A DNA stretch of 64,000 nt from an uncultured Methanosarcina sp. (GTDB lineage: Archaea; Halobacteriota; Methanosarcinia; Methanosarcinales; Methanosarcinaceae), in NCBI GenBank assembly GCA_965601435.1, contig CBFCWE010000009.1, positions 2,467 through 66,466 of the forward strand, given 5' to 3'. Each line of letters starts with the position of its first letter. The stretch's first letter is position 1. Below are positions 42,921 to 53,824 of the stretch, one piece after another. Both the position numbers and the translations under genes were made by a program. Under the pieces are notes generated by a model. That model was not told where the DNA came from, did no database searches, and saw nothing but the letters and a program-made list of their open reading frames with translations.

Positions 42921-43971
42921 AAAAGGAATTTTTGCTGCAGCCACTGTCCTTCTGATCCTGGGCCTTGCAGCCCTGCCCGCACAAGCAGCCTTGCCCGAAA
43001 ATTTTGATATCAGTAACAATTACTACACCGTCTACGGAGGTCCGGACCTCAGCGCCACCCTGCTCGGAGATAACGAATATTCAAGGGGAGACACGGTGAC
43101 CCTCAGCATCGAGATGATGAACAAGGGTGCAATTTCCGGCTTCAAATCTGAAGACGAAGCAGACATAGGGGACTACGAAGACCAAGTCCTCCAGCAGACG
43201 GAGATGCAGTACGAAGCTCAGGCCGTGACCGCGATTGGAATCCTTGCAACCCTCAAGTCCGACGACCCGAACATCAAGGTAAAATCCGGGTCCCAGGAAG
43301 CAGGCACCCTGAAACAGGGAAAGGACAGCTCAAGCCCCACAAAGTTCACCATCGAAATCAGTAAGAATGCACCTGCCGGAACGTATCCATTAACACTCGA
43401 CCTTTCATACAGATACCAGAATAATGTGCAGGTAGGCGGGGACGACTACGACAAGGAGACAAAGCTGGTAACAAACCACGAGGTTGGAATCTGGTATGAA
43501 AACACTACCCAGACCGAGACCCTGGAAGTAAAGGTCAAAAAAGAGCCCTACTTCGAAGTAACGGAAGTGAAAGGGGACCTCTACCCCGACGAGGGAGGTA
43601 TGCTCTACGTCACCTATAAAAACACAGGAGAAGAACCTGCAAAGGATGCCACCGTAAGAGTCAGCGCAGGTGACCCTTTCAGTACCACGGACGACCAGGC
43701 CTACCTGGGCACCCTGAACCCGGGAGAAAGCTCAGTTGCCGTCTTTGACATGGACGTGGACGAAGGCGCAAACCCCAAGCCTTACTCTCTTAATAGCGAG
43801 ATCCTTTACGAAGATACCGACGGGCATGATCAGATCTCGGACAGTGTAAAGATCAACACCGAAGTCCTGCCTGCAGAAAAAAGCCTTCCAGGATACCAGA
43901 TTGGTACAGGAATTGTTTTCATGGCCCTTGCAGCCTGTTTAATCCTGTTCAGGAAAAGACAGCAGGAATAA
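42913..43971 (+). CDS. COG1361-type S-layer-domain-like surface protein with C-terminal anchor (copy 2)
   Basis: MNKKGIFAAATVLLILGLAALPAQA signal peptide. Module pattern parallels the previous gene (PAGTYPLTLDLSYRYQ, VTEVKGDLYPDEGGMLYVTYKN, LGTLNPGESSVAVFDM). C-terminal TM helix. Confidence 0.6.
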   Translation: MNKKGIFAAATVLLILGLAALPAQAALPENFDISNNYYTVYGGPDLSATLLGDNEYSRGDTVTLSIEMMNKGAISGFKSEDEADIGDYEDQVLQQTEMQYEAQAVTAIGILATLKSDDPNIKVKSGSQEAGTLKQGKDSSSPTKFTIEISKNAPAGTYPLTLDLSYRYQNNVQVGGDDYDKETKLVTNHEVGIWYENTTQTETLEVKVKKEPYFEVTEVKGDLYPDEGGMLYVTYKNTGEEPAKDATVRVSAGDPFSTTDDQAYLGTLNPGESSVAVFDMDVDEGANPKPYSLNSEILYEDTDGHDQISDSVKINTEVLPAEKSLPGYQIGTGIVFMALAACLILFRKRQQE

Positions 43972-44053
43972 AGTTAAGACCTGATGAAGGTAAGACCTGA
44001 AACAGAAAGGACTCAAAAGGAAGGCTCAAAAAGCCAGATCTAAAAAACCCGAC

Positions 44054-44106
44054 GTAACCATACCGCTTGAGGATTAAACTCAACCAGAAATGGTTACCCT
44101 TTTTTT
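44054..44106 (+). terminator. Hairpin flanked by T-runs between convergent genes (possibly a bidirectional terminator)
   Basis: GTAACCAT...TTGAGG..CTCAA...ATGGTTAC followed by CCTTTTTTTG. The opposite strand also has a T-run after the stem. Confidence 0.45.
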
Positions 44107-44268
44107 GTAACATATCTTCTTCTGCTTCACCCGGATCTAATTGATTTATCATGGGTAAAACAATTGATCGATCTGATTGAATGGACAGATTGAAGAATAT
44201 AAGGGATATGCAGGAGAAGAAAAGGGGTAAAACTGTTTATTTACCAGATTGAAAAAAGGATTATTTTC

Positions 44269-44907
44269 TTAATTCTTTTTTTCAGGCTTCTTTTCTTTCG
44301 ATTTGTTAACTTTCAATTTATTTTCGTCAGATTTACTTTTTTCAGGTTTATTTTCTTCAGGACCTTCGGGCTCCGGCCTCTTTGCAACCATTACTTCCGT
44401 GGACTTAATGACCGCATATATCCGGTCTCCGGGCTTTATGTCGAGTTGTTCCACAGCCTCTTCGGTGACAACGGAGGTCAGGATTGAGGGTTCCATTACA
44501 ATCGTGATCTTCGAGACCAGACCCCCTTTCTCGACATCGAGGACCTTTCCCGGAAGCCGGTTCCGGGCTGAGATTTTAAAGCCAACGTTTTCCCAGGCGG
44601 TTTCGTCCCCCACAGCCTCTTTGATAAGTTGCCTACTGGTTTCATATTCAGCCAGCATTTTTCGACCCACTTCCGTAAGGAAGGTACCCTGGTTTTTCCC
44701 TCCGCGCACTGTGAGCACTGCGGGATCTTCGAGCCTTTCGTTCATTTTTTTCAACATGAGCCAGGCATGTTTATAGGAAATTCCCAGTTTTTCGCAGGCT
44801 TTCCGGAGGGACCTTTCCTCGTCAATAGCTTTGAGCAAACTGGCTTTTCCGGCCCCCATTACTGGCTTTCCGTCTTCCGTAAACCAGAGCTTTGTTTTCG
44901 CTTTCAC
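44269..44907 (-). CDS. modE: ModE-like molybdenum-responsive regulator (ModE-type HTH plus a single Mop/TOBE domain) with Lys/Glu-rich tail
   Basis: GTG start with GGTGGA upstream. GAGKASLLKAIDEERSLRKACEKLGISYKHAWLMLKKMNERL (ModE N-domain pattern). SARNRLPGKVLDVEKGGLVSKITI...GDRIYAVIKSTEVMV (Mop/TOBE). Confidence 0.7.
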   Translation of the reverse strand: MKAKTKLWFTEDGKPVMGAGKASLLKAIDEERSLRKACEKLGISYKHAWLMLKKMNERLEDPAVLTVRGGKNQGTFLTEVGRKMLAEYETSRQLIKEAVGDETAWENVGFKISARNRLPGKVLDVEKGGLVSKITIVMEPSILTSVVTEEAVEQLDIKPGDRIYAVIKSTEVMVAKRPEPEGPEENKPEKSKSDENKLKVNKSKEKKPEKKN

Positions 44908-44918
44908 AAATTTCCACC

Positions 44919-45965
44919 TTATCGGAGCACATGGATAGAAGAAGCTTTGAACTGGGCATACACAGGCACCCCGGGAGCTAGCCCCATTTCTTCGGCAGAC
45001 TGCCGGGTTACCAGCGCATTCAGGAGGAGCCCGCAATCCATCCGAACCCGGACAAGTGCGCCCAGGCTCTGAACCTCTATCACCGTGCCTTTTAATGAGT
45101 TCCTGATGCTGGATTGTGTGAAGGTCTTACTTAAAACTATGTTTTCCGGCCTCAGGCCGACATGTACCATGTTCCCGACCTCCACCTCCCCGGCAGCTTC
45201 AAGCACCGTTCCTTCGGCTTCGATCCTAAGAAGGCCCTTTTCACGGGAAAGCACCCTGCCTTTCAGGACATTCTCGAAACCTACGAAATCAGCGATCATG
45301 TCGTTTGCAGGTTTTTCAAAAACTTCTTCCGGCGTACCCACCTGTACGAGCTTCCCATCCATCACCACTGCGATCTTATCTGCCATGATCCGGGCTTCGG
45401 TCTGGTCGTGGGTAATGTGGAGTACTGTCAACTTACCCTTCCGGTGCACATTCAGAAGCATCTCCCGGGCACTGTCCTGCGTCCTCGGGTCAAGAGCACT
45501 CAGAGGTTCGTCCAGCATGAGAATTTCAGGGTCTGTCACAAGGGCCCTGGCAAGGGATACCCGCTGCTGTTCCCCACCAGAAAGGTTTAGAGGATGCCGT
45601 TCCAGCAGGTGGGAAATATTGAGGTATTCCGAAATTTCCATTAACTTTTCGGGAGCTTTGAGTTTTTTCATCTTCAGCCCGAATTCGATGTTCTTTTTAA
45701 CAGTCATATGCGGGAACAGGGAATAGTCCTGGTACACAAAAGCCAGATTGCGTTTTTCCGGCGATAAGTCCGTGACGTCCTTTCCGTTGATCAGGATTTT
45801 TCCCGAATCTGGACGGTGGAAACCTGCTAGAAGTTCAAGGAGCAGGGTTTTTCCGGAACCTGTGGGCCCGAGGATAACGAAATACTCTCCATCCCGGATA
45901 GTCAGGTCCAGGGAATCCAGGGCAAAAGACTTCCATTTTCGGGAGAGGGCCTTAATCTCTATCAT
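44919..45965 (-). CDS. wtpC: Molybdate/tungstate ABC transporter ATP-binding protein with C-terminal TOBE domain
   Basis: Walker A GPTGSGKT, signature LSGGEQQR, Walker B ILMLDEPLSALD. The C-terminal ...SIRNSLKGTVIEVQSLGALVRV...VYAQFKASSIHV is TOBE-like. Confidence 0.8.
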   Translation of the reverse strand: MIEIKALSRKWKSFALDSLDLTIRDGEYFVILGPTGSGKTLLLELLAGFHRPDSGKILINGKDVTDLSPEKRNLAFVYQDYSLFPHMTVKKNIEFGLKMKKLKAPEKLMEISEYLNISHLLERHPLNLSGGEQQRVSLARALVTDPEILMLDEPLSALDPRTQDSAREMLLNVHRKGKLTVLHITHDQTEARIMADKIAVVMDGKLVQVGTPEEVFEKPANDMIADFVGFENVLKGRVLSREKGLLRIEAEGTVLEAAGEVEVGNMVHVGLRPENIVLSKTFTQSSIRNSLKGTVIEVQSLGALVRVRMDCGLLLNALVTRQSAEEMGLAPGVPVYAQFKASSIHVLR

Positions 45966-46776
45966 ATATACTCCAGCCTGCGGAAAGAATTCTAATTACT
46001 ATAAAGATGGTAAGGGTTATAAGGATCAGAAGGACTGCAACGGGCCTTGATGCCGAAAGCCCATATGATATGTAGCGCTCGTAGATCAGGGTTGGCCCTA
46101 TCATCGGATAGTAGGCGATGATTACAACAGCCCCGAACTCACTGATAGCCCTGGCCCAGGTCATGATAGCTCCCACAAGAAGGTGCCTGGCCGAGAGGGG
46201 AAGAGTTACAAGGAAAAAGGCTTTCCAGAGAGGAGCACCCAGGGAACGGGCCGCTTTTTCAAGCCTCGGGTTAACACTTTTGAAGCCTTCCCTTGCGGAA
46301 TTGGCAAGGTAGGGCACGGACACGAAAAGCATTGCAACCACTATGCCGGGAAGAGCATCCCTGAACTGGACATAGGGTTCGAGCGGCCCCCCTATAAGCC
46401 CACGGGACCCGAAAACCGTCAGCAGAGCAATTCCTGCAACCGTATGGGGGACCACAACCGGCACATCGATGATACTCTCGACCAGCCTCTTTCCCGGGAA
46501 ATCAAACCTTGCCAGGATGTAACCCGTGGGAGCCCCGAGAAAGAGGGCTATAAGAGTAGCAAGAAAGCCTGCATAAAGAGAGAGAAAAATTGAGCTCATA
46601 ACCGAACTGTTTTTTGCAGTTCTGACCAGGCCAGGAAAATCGTTCAGCAACTGCCCAATGATCATGTTTGCAAGGGTAACGGAAATAAAAAGGAAAAGAA
46701 CAAGCAGTAAAAAGGAAAAAACAGAAATCAAAGGCTCGAGTTTTTTAGACTTCCGGGCTATGGGTTTCATATTCAT
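45952..46776 (-). CDS. wtpB: Molybdate/tungstate ABC transporter permease
   Basis: Type-1 ABC permease core (...NSAREGFKSVNPRLEKAARSLGAPLWKAFFLVTLPLSARHLL...). Overlaps wtpC by 14 nt. Confidence 0.8.
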   Translation of the reverse strand: MNMKPIARKSKKLEPLISVFSFLLLVLFLFISVTLANMIIGQLLNDFPGLVRTAKNSSVMSSIFLSLYAGFLATLIALFLGAPTGYILARFDFPGKRLVESIIDVPVVVPHTVAGIALLTVFGSRGLIGGPLEPYVQFRDALPGIVVAMLFVSVPYLANSAREGFKSVNPRLEKAARSLGAPLWKAFFLVTLPLSARHLLVGAIMTWARAISEFGAVVIIAYYPMIGPTLIYERYISYGLSASRPVAVLLILITLTIFIVIRILSAGWSIYDRD

Positions 46777-46901
46777 CCTTTTTACTGTTGTTTTGGTTGT
46801 TATGGGTTTCCCCGTTTTTCACGTTTTTAAATGAATTGCATTATTATACGCATTCACACAAACATGCATACACAAACATGCATTCACACAACAATTCGCC
46901 T

Positions 46902-48251
<1,350 letters not shown>

Positions 48252-48413
48252 TTACATAGAAAGTTTTATAAAGATAATATTAAAGTGTATATACCACAGT
48301 CTATAAAAAAGTGTACTATGGATTTTCATATAAGCACACAAGCACATAGCAACTATACACGTAACTATACACAATAACCATATACATTAGTTATTTCTCA
48401 TGAAGGTTTCATT

Positions 48414-50336
48414 ATGGACGGTTATCAGATCTTCTTGGCACTGCTCACGGTCTATTTAGCAGGACTTGTGAGCATTGGCTGGTACTTCAATAAAAAACAG
48501 AAATCCATTACCGACTTCTGGCTTGCAGGGCGCCGAATAGGGCCTATAGGAGTCGGGTTTTCAGCAGCGGCATCCTGGATCACTGCAGGTGGGATTCTTG
48601 CAGTCATCGGGTTTTACATGCTCCTGGGCATGGGCTCCATATGGGGTTTTGTGGCCCCGAATATAATTGCCCTCCTGCTCATTGCGGTATTTGTGGGTAA
48701 GATAAAAAATCTTCCCGCAATCACCCAGCCCGAACTCCTCGAACAGCGTTACGGAAGTTCAATCAGGCTGCCAATCGCCCTGGTCATTGCAGTTGTTATG
48801 ATCCTTTTTGCCGTTGCTGATGTCCAGGGACTTGCCATGGTCCTACAGATATTCTACGGGCTTGACAAAATATATGCAGTGGCTTTAATCGCTGTTGTGG
48901 TTTCGATTTATGTCACCCTGGGAGGGCTTTCGGCCGTTGTCTGGACTGATGTCATCCAGTTTACCATCCTTGCGATATTTACCATAGCAATGGCTTTTGC
49001 CGCCGTGGGTACGGTGGCCGACGGAGGTCTGGGAACCACAGCTATAAGCAGCTCAGACCTGTTCGGAAACGTGCCTGACGGCTGGTGGAACCCCCTATCA
49101 ATCGGGCTTCCGATGGTCATAATCTTCATCCTGGCTATCATTCCAGGCTGGATTTCCGAGCAGGACCCCTGGCAAAAGGTATGGGCTGCGAGGGATGAAA
49201 AATCCGCACGTAAGGGAATGATCTTAGGAGCTTTCATGATCCTGGTGGTCTTCGGGTCCTGTGCAGTGATAGCAATCGCACTCAATGCCATATACCCCGA
49301 AATTGCAGCTATGGGTTTTCCTGCAGGAATGGCTCTTGCCGAACCCGCCCTTCTAACCTTTATTAACGACCGCTTTGCCGCATCCCCCCTCCTGATCACC
49401 CTCAGCGCGATCGGACTTACCGCTGCTGCCATGTCCAATGCCGACACTTTCGCAACCTCCGGAGGGTCCAACCTTTCGCGGGACATCTACCAGAGGTACA
49501 TAAAACCGGATGCCACCATGAAGGAAATGCTGGTCATAAACCGTATTAGCGTACTCATAATCGTGCTTGGGGCATGTGTGGGCACTTTCTACATACAGGG
49601 CATCATCGAAGCAATTCACATCGCAACCTTCATTGCCAGCGCTTCTTACTTCTTCCCCCTCATGGGAGGGCTTTACTGGAAAAGAGCAACCAGGGAAGGC
49701 GCTCTGGTATCCATGGTGGTCGGAGGGGTGTCTCAGATAGGGCTTGTACTCCTTGACTACACAATGGAAGCCCCGCCCATGGCAGCCACCTATCTTGAAG
49801 GCGTCCACCCGGCCCTCATGAGTCACGGAGTCATTTTAGGGATGTCATTGAGTGCTGTCGCTTTCTTCGGAGTTTCTTTGATGACAAAGCCCTCAAGCAG
49901 AGTCAACCTCGCCCCCTTCTTCGAAGAAGAAGCCCAGGCTCTTGCCCACTACGAAGCCAGGGAAATCAACGAGATGGACCCTGCTTACAGCTCCTTCCTC
50001 GGGAACGTCGAAGAAAAAGTCACAGGTGAACGCTCCCACCTTCAGTTGAACCTCCGGGTCTCTGACACCCTCAGCTGGCACGAACTCGTTGAAAAGCTGA
50101 AATCCGTTTCCCCTGCCTGGGTCACTCCTACGGGACAGGACTCGGTATACAGGCTGACCCACGGGGATATGCTCTCCTGTGTTGCAGTAACAAGGGGCAG
50201 CGGCGACAGGGACATCTGGCTCAAAGCCGAACCCAGACTTGAGACCGTGGGCAGGCAGAAAAAAGAGCTGTTTACGGCTTATGAAGAATTGAAAAACGTT
50301 ATGGGCCAGAAAGGGGTTTCCCTGGACTTTTATTAA
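48414..50336 (+). CDS. Sodium:solute symporter (SSS) family transporter with ~150-aa soluble C-terminal extension
   Basis: ...ITDFWLAGRRIGPIGVGFSAAASWITAGGILAV... and polytopic to about residue 490, followed by a hydrophilic tail. Confidence 0.8.
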   Translation: MDGYQIFLALLTVYLAGLVSIGWYFNKKQKSITDFWLAGRRIGPIGVGFSAAASWITAGGILAVIGFYMLLGMGSIWGFVAPNIIALLLIAVFVGKIKNLPAITQPELLEQRYGSSIRLPIALVIAVVMILFAVADVQGLAMVLQIFYGLDKIYAVALIAVVVSIYVTLGGLSAVVWTDVIQFTILAIFTIAMAFAAVGTVADGGLGTTAISSSDLFGNVPDGWWNPLSIGLPMVIIFILAIIPGWISEQDPWQKVWAARDEKSARKGMILGAFMILVVFGSCAVIAIALNAIYPEIAAMGFPAGMALAEPALLTFINDRFAASPLLITLSAIGLTAAAMSNADTFATSGGSNLSRDIYQRYIKPDATMKEMLVINRISVLIIVLGACVGTFYIQGIIEAIHIATFIASASYFFPLMGGLYWKRATREGALVSMVVGGVSQIGLVLLDYTMEAPPMAATYLEGVHPALMSHGVILGMSLSAVAFFGVSLMTKPSSRVNLAPFFEEEAQALAHYEAREINEMDPAYSSFLGNVEEKVTGERSHLQLNLRVSDTLSWHELVEKLKSVSPAWVTPTGQDSVYRLTHGDMLSCVAVTRGSGDRDIWLKAEPRLETVGRQKKELFTAYEELKNVMGQKGVSLDFY

Positions 50337-50525
50337 GGCACCTGAAAAAAGGGCCTTAATCGGCTCTTAATTTATTTAATTCTTTTTTTGAAATGGACTT
50401 TTTTAAATTAATTTTTTTGAAATGAGCAGACCTGTTATACCGGTGTAAAAACCGAAAGGAATGAAGCAGGAAACAGAATCCAGAGAGAAATTTGCCAGGG
50501 TTTCCCACATCATAGAACAGGCTAT

Positions 50526-51470
50526 TCAGAAGCCCAGGGCATTTTCCAGAGTATTTTTCCCCAGGAGAACGTCTTCCATTGAAAAAACTTCAAGGTTGTA
50601 GACACCCCTGTACCCGGAAAGCAGGTTCAACGCCGAGAAATCGATACAGCCTTTTCCCGGAGCCATGTGCTCGTCCCCGTCATATATTTCCGTCCACTGG
50701 CCCCCATTGTCATGCACGTGGAGGTGAACGATATGCTCTTTCAGGGTTTCCACAAAACACCGGAGTTTTTCAGGGTCTCCCCCGCAGGTGAGGTTTGCGT
50801 GCCCTATATCGAAAGTCGCTTTCAGGGACCCGGAATTTACGGCTTCGACAGCGCGGACAAGTTCTTCGGCTTTGCAGCAGAGGTTGTAAGGGTCAGTACC
50901 TTCCTTATTTTCCAGGCCCAGTATAACCCCCTGGTCCTCGGCAGTGGAGGATAGCACCTTGAGGTTTTCGACCATTGAAGAAAAAGCCATTTCCCGGTCC
51001 AGTCCTATCCTCCCGGGATGCAGTACAACAACCCCGGCTCCGATCCGGTTTGCAAGAGCTATTGACTCATCCATGAGGGAAAACTCCTGTTTTCCCATGC
51101 AGGCGGTATCTACCTGGAGGGAACCGGGATAGTTAGGGTCCGGCGCAAAATAAGGAGCATGAATGGTGCTTGCAAATTCGTATACGGATAGCTCGTCAAG
51201 TATCCGGTCCAGCGTTTCATTTTCCAGCGTCCTGCCGGAATAAACCCCGAGCTTAGGGATATACAGTTCTATTGAATCCACATTCCCCTTTAACTCACCG
51301 GGGGTACCTGCAAAAGATGAGGCTCCAAAAATCACAGCACAAAGAAGGAAAATAAAATATAATAATATTTTTGCCCGGCCCTGACCCGGACATTTTGGGG
51401 TGAAGACTCCTGAGGAGTTACAATCAGAGATAAAAAAATTGCAAAATGCCGTGCGATTCCACCCAGGCAA
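50526..51470 (-). CDS. Xylose isomerase-like TIM-barrel protein (sugar phosphate isomerase/epimerase family) with hydrophobic N-terminal segment
   Basis: ...VVVLHPG...GLENKEG...FDIGHANL...HLHVHDN...H..PGKG metal-ligand pattern. The start codon is uncertain: the ORF-track start gives a signal-anchor-like ILLYFIFLLCAVIFGASSFA. Confidence 0.65.
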   Translation of the reverse strand: MPGWNRTAFCNFFISDCNSSGVFTPKCPGQGRAKILLYFIFLLCAVIFGASSFAGTPGELKGNVDSIELYIPKLGVYSGRTLENETLDRILDELSVYEFASTIHAPYFAPDPNYPGSLQVDTACMGKQEFSLMDESIALANRIGAGVVVLHPGRIGLDREMAFSSMVENLKVLSSTAEDQGVILGLENKEGTDPYNLCCKAEELVRAVEAVNSGSLKATFDIGHANLTCGGDPEKLRCFVETLKEHIVHLHVHDNGGQWTEIYDGDEHMAPGKGCIDFSALNLLSGYRGVYNLEVFSMEDVLLGKNTLENALGF

Positions 51471-52186
51471 CAGGGGCAGACTATAGAAAAGTCACAGAAA
51501 AACCATAATAAACACAAAAAAACCATACAAAAAGGTCTACTTGTAAAAATTCACCACTGGCAACATATTTATATATAATAAAGTGTTACCCCGCAAACAG
51601 AACAAAATAATTTATAAATATATTTAAAAAAAGTATATATATTTAAAGGAGAAATCACGATAAATATACATAAACAGTTTGAGATATATTAGATAGATTA
51701 ACTTGTGGTAAATACATTTGATCTGGACTCACGGTAAGCATAAAAGTCTAAGAAAAAACATAAAGTTGGAAATAATTATAAGGAATGAATATATAAAAAA
51801 TAAAAGCTCGGAAGAAACTGTTTTAAATAAAAATGAGAATTATATAACTTGGATTAAAAAAATAAATATGCCCATACAAATATCGCAATCTTTATATGAT
51901 ATTGACAGGAGTATAATATGTTTTTTTATATATATTTAGCATTTAGTGCACTTTTCCTGCTACATATATCATATAAAAATGATTGTATATTATATAATCT
52001 TATAATAATATTTTAAATGCCTACATATTTCGAAAGGTTTATGAATGATTCTCTCTAATCCCAAAAATAACGCTAGTCATCATCATTTTTCTTTGCAATG
52101 ATATGGCCAACGATTCCAAGAAAAAGTACAGCGTTTTTTTGAATCCAACTTATTAACATGTTAATAAAAGTAAAGGAGGAAAATGA

Positions 52187-53104
52187 ATGGAACCACTCAT
52201 AGGCATGGGAGTACTGGCACTTATGGGCGTAGCTGCAACAATTGCAGGTGCCTCAGAAGACCTCGAATCCGATGTCGGGTCTCAGAGTAACCCGAACTCG
52301 CAGGTCCAGCTAGCTCCCCAAATGATGTTTCCGCATCGAATTTATAACAAAGCTGTTTCTGGTGAACCACCATCAAACGCATTAATGTGTGCAATTGGTG
52401 CAACCGGCGCGGCAGTATTAATGGGTGAATTCAATCTGTCTCCGCTCTTTGCACTGGTTATCGGTGCCCTCATTGCAGCATGTGTCCACGGCACTTACGC
52501 CATGACCTCTACAATGGGCAGGGCTGCCAGTCAGAGCCGTTTCAAACAACCAGTATACCTGGACATGATCCGGAGCCACACACCGGTAATCATGGCATAT
52601 GCCTTCATAACGACGTTCTGCGTTCTGATCATATCGTACATGATGAACGTTGTCCTCGGACACCCCTTCCCTCTGCCCCTACTGGCCTTTATCTGGGGAA
52701 TCACGATAGGTGCAATAGGGTCGTCCACCGGTGACGTCCACTACGGCGCAGAGCGTGAATTCCAGCAGTTCGAATTCGGTTCAGGTCTGAACGCTTCGAA
52801 CTCCGGTAACATTGTAAGGTTTGCAGAATCCGGGCTCAGAAACGGGTACGACAACTCATGGTTCTGTGCAAAGTTCGGTGGACCTGTAACAGGTATCGCT
52901 TTTGGTATGACCGTTTTCCTGGGCAGCTGGGTAACAACTGTTTTTGATCCCGCAGTAAGCATCGCACAGGGATGGCTCTCTGCTGTTGCAGGGATTATCA
53001 TTGTCTTTATCTTAATTATCTGGAACAGGAAAATTGAAGTTGCTGCCCGCAACAACTACGGACCATACAAGGAAGACAAGCCTGAAGAGGAGGCAGCAGC
53101 ATGA
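52187..53104 (+). CDS. mtrE: Tetrahydromethanopterin S-methyltransferase subunit E
   Basis: AAGGAGG Shine-Dalgarno. MEPLIGMGVLALMGVAATIAGASEDLESDVGSQSNPNSQVQLAPQM. First gene of the mtrEDCBAFGH order. Confidence 0.95.
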   Translation: MEPLIGMGVLALMGVAATIAGASEDLESDVGSQSNPNSQVQLAPQMMFPHRIYNKAVSGEPPSNALMCAIGATGAAVLMGEFNLSPLFALVIGALIAACVHGTYAMTSTMGRAASQSRFKQPVYLDMIRSHTPVIMAYAFITTFCVLIISYMMNVVLGHPFPLPLLAFIWGITIGAIGSSTGDVHYGAEREFQQFEFGSGLNASNSGNIVRFAESGLRNGYDNSWFCAKFGGPVTGIAFGMTVFLGSWVTTVFDPAVSIAQGWLSAVAGIIIVFILIIWNRKIEVAARNNYGPYKEDKPEEEAAA

Positions 53105-53823
53105 TTGACCTCGCAGCAAACTTCTTATGGATGTTCCTGGTCGTTATCGGCGGTGTGCTGATTTCCTGGAGTGTCCACTTTGTGCCTGTAGGCGGTGCGC
53201 CTGCAGCTATGGCCCAGGCAACAGGTATCGGAACCGGCACAGTTCAGCTGGCAGCCGGGGCAGGACTTACCGGGCTTATCAGTGCCGGGTACATGATGCA
53301 AGTAGTCGACAACCTTCCCCTGATTCTCGCCTCTGGCACAGTAGGTGCCATGATCATGATCTCAGTTACCATGATCGTAGGGACCTGGGTTTATGTATAC
53401 GGTGTAGGCTGTGTGCCTTCTTCCGCAAAGGTCAAAGTAGACCCCATAACCCATGACCGCCAGGACCTTTATGTGTCCCAGGGAACTGAAGGACACGGAC
53501 TCCCAACAGTCTCTTTTGTTAGTGGAGTTATCGGTGGGGCTCTTGGTGGCTTTGGTGGATCCCTCGTCTACTACGCCCTTCTGAAGGTCGGCATGGGAGT
53601 CGCCGAAGTCGATGCAAACATGATCGGACTTGTGGCAATTTTCGCAGTAGGTATCTTCTTCGTGAATGCTGTAATCCCCTCATACAACATTGGAGGTACC
53701 ATCGAAGGGTTCCACGACCCGAAGTGGAAGAAGTGGCCGAAAGCGGTGATTTCATCCTTTGTCGCAACGATTTTCTGCGCACTCGTGGCAGTAATCGCAA
53801 TTTCACAGCTTGGAGGTCTCTAA
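53101..53823 (+). CDS. mtrD: Tetrahydromethanopterin S-methyltransferase subunit D
   Basis: ATGA overlap with mtrE. Polytopic membrane protein, ...GGAPAAMAQATGIGTGTVQLAAGAGLTG... Confidence 0.9.
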   Translation: MIDLAANFLWMFLVVIGGVLISWSVHFVPVGGAPAAMAQATGIGTGTVQLAAGAGLTGLISAGYMMQVVDNLPLILASGTVGAMIMISVTMIVGTWVYVYGVGCVPSSAKVKVDPITHDRQDLYVSQGTEGHGLPTVSFVSGVIGGALGGFGGSLVYYALLKVGMGVAEVDANMIGLVAIFAVGIFFVNAVIPSYNIGGTIEGFHDPKWKKWPKAVISSFVATIFCALVAVIAISQLGGL

Positions 53824-53824
53824 A

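Noticed and set aside
51718-51939. A 73-aa Lys/Asn/Ile-rich ORF in the mtr upstream region.
   Set aside because: It is a compositional artefact of extremely AT-rich DNA.
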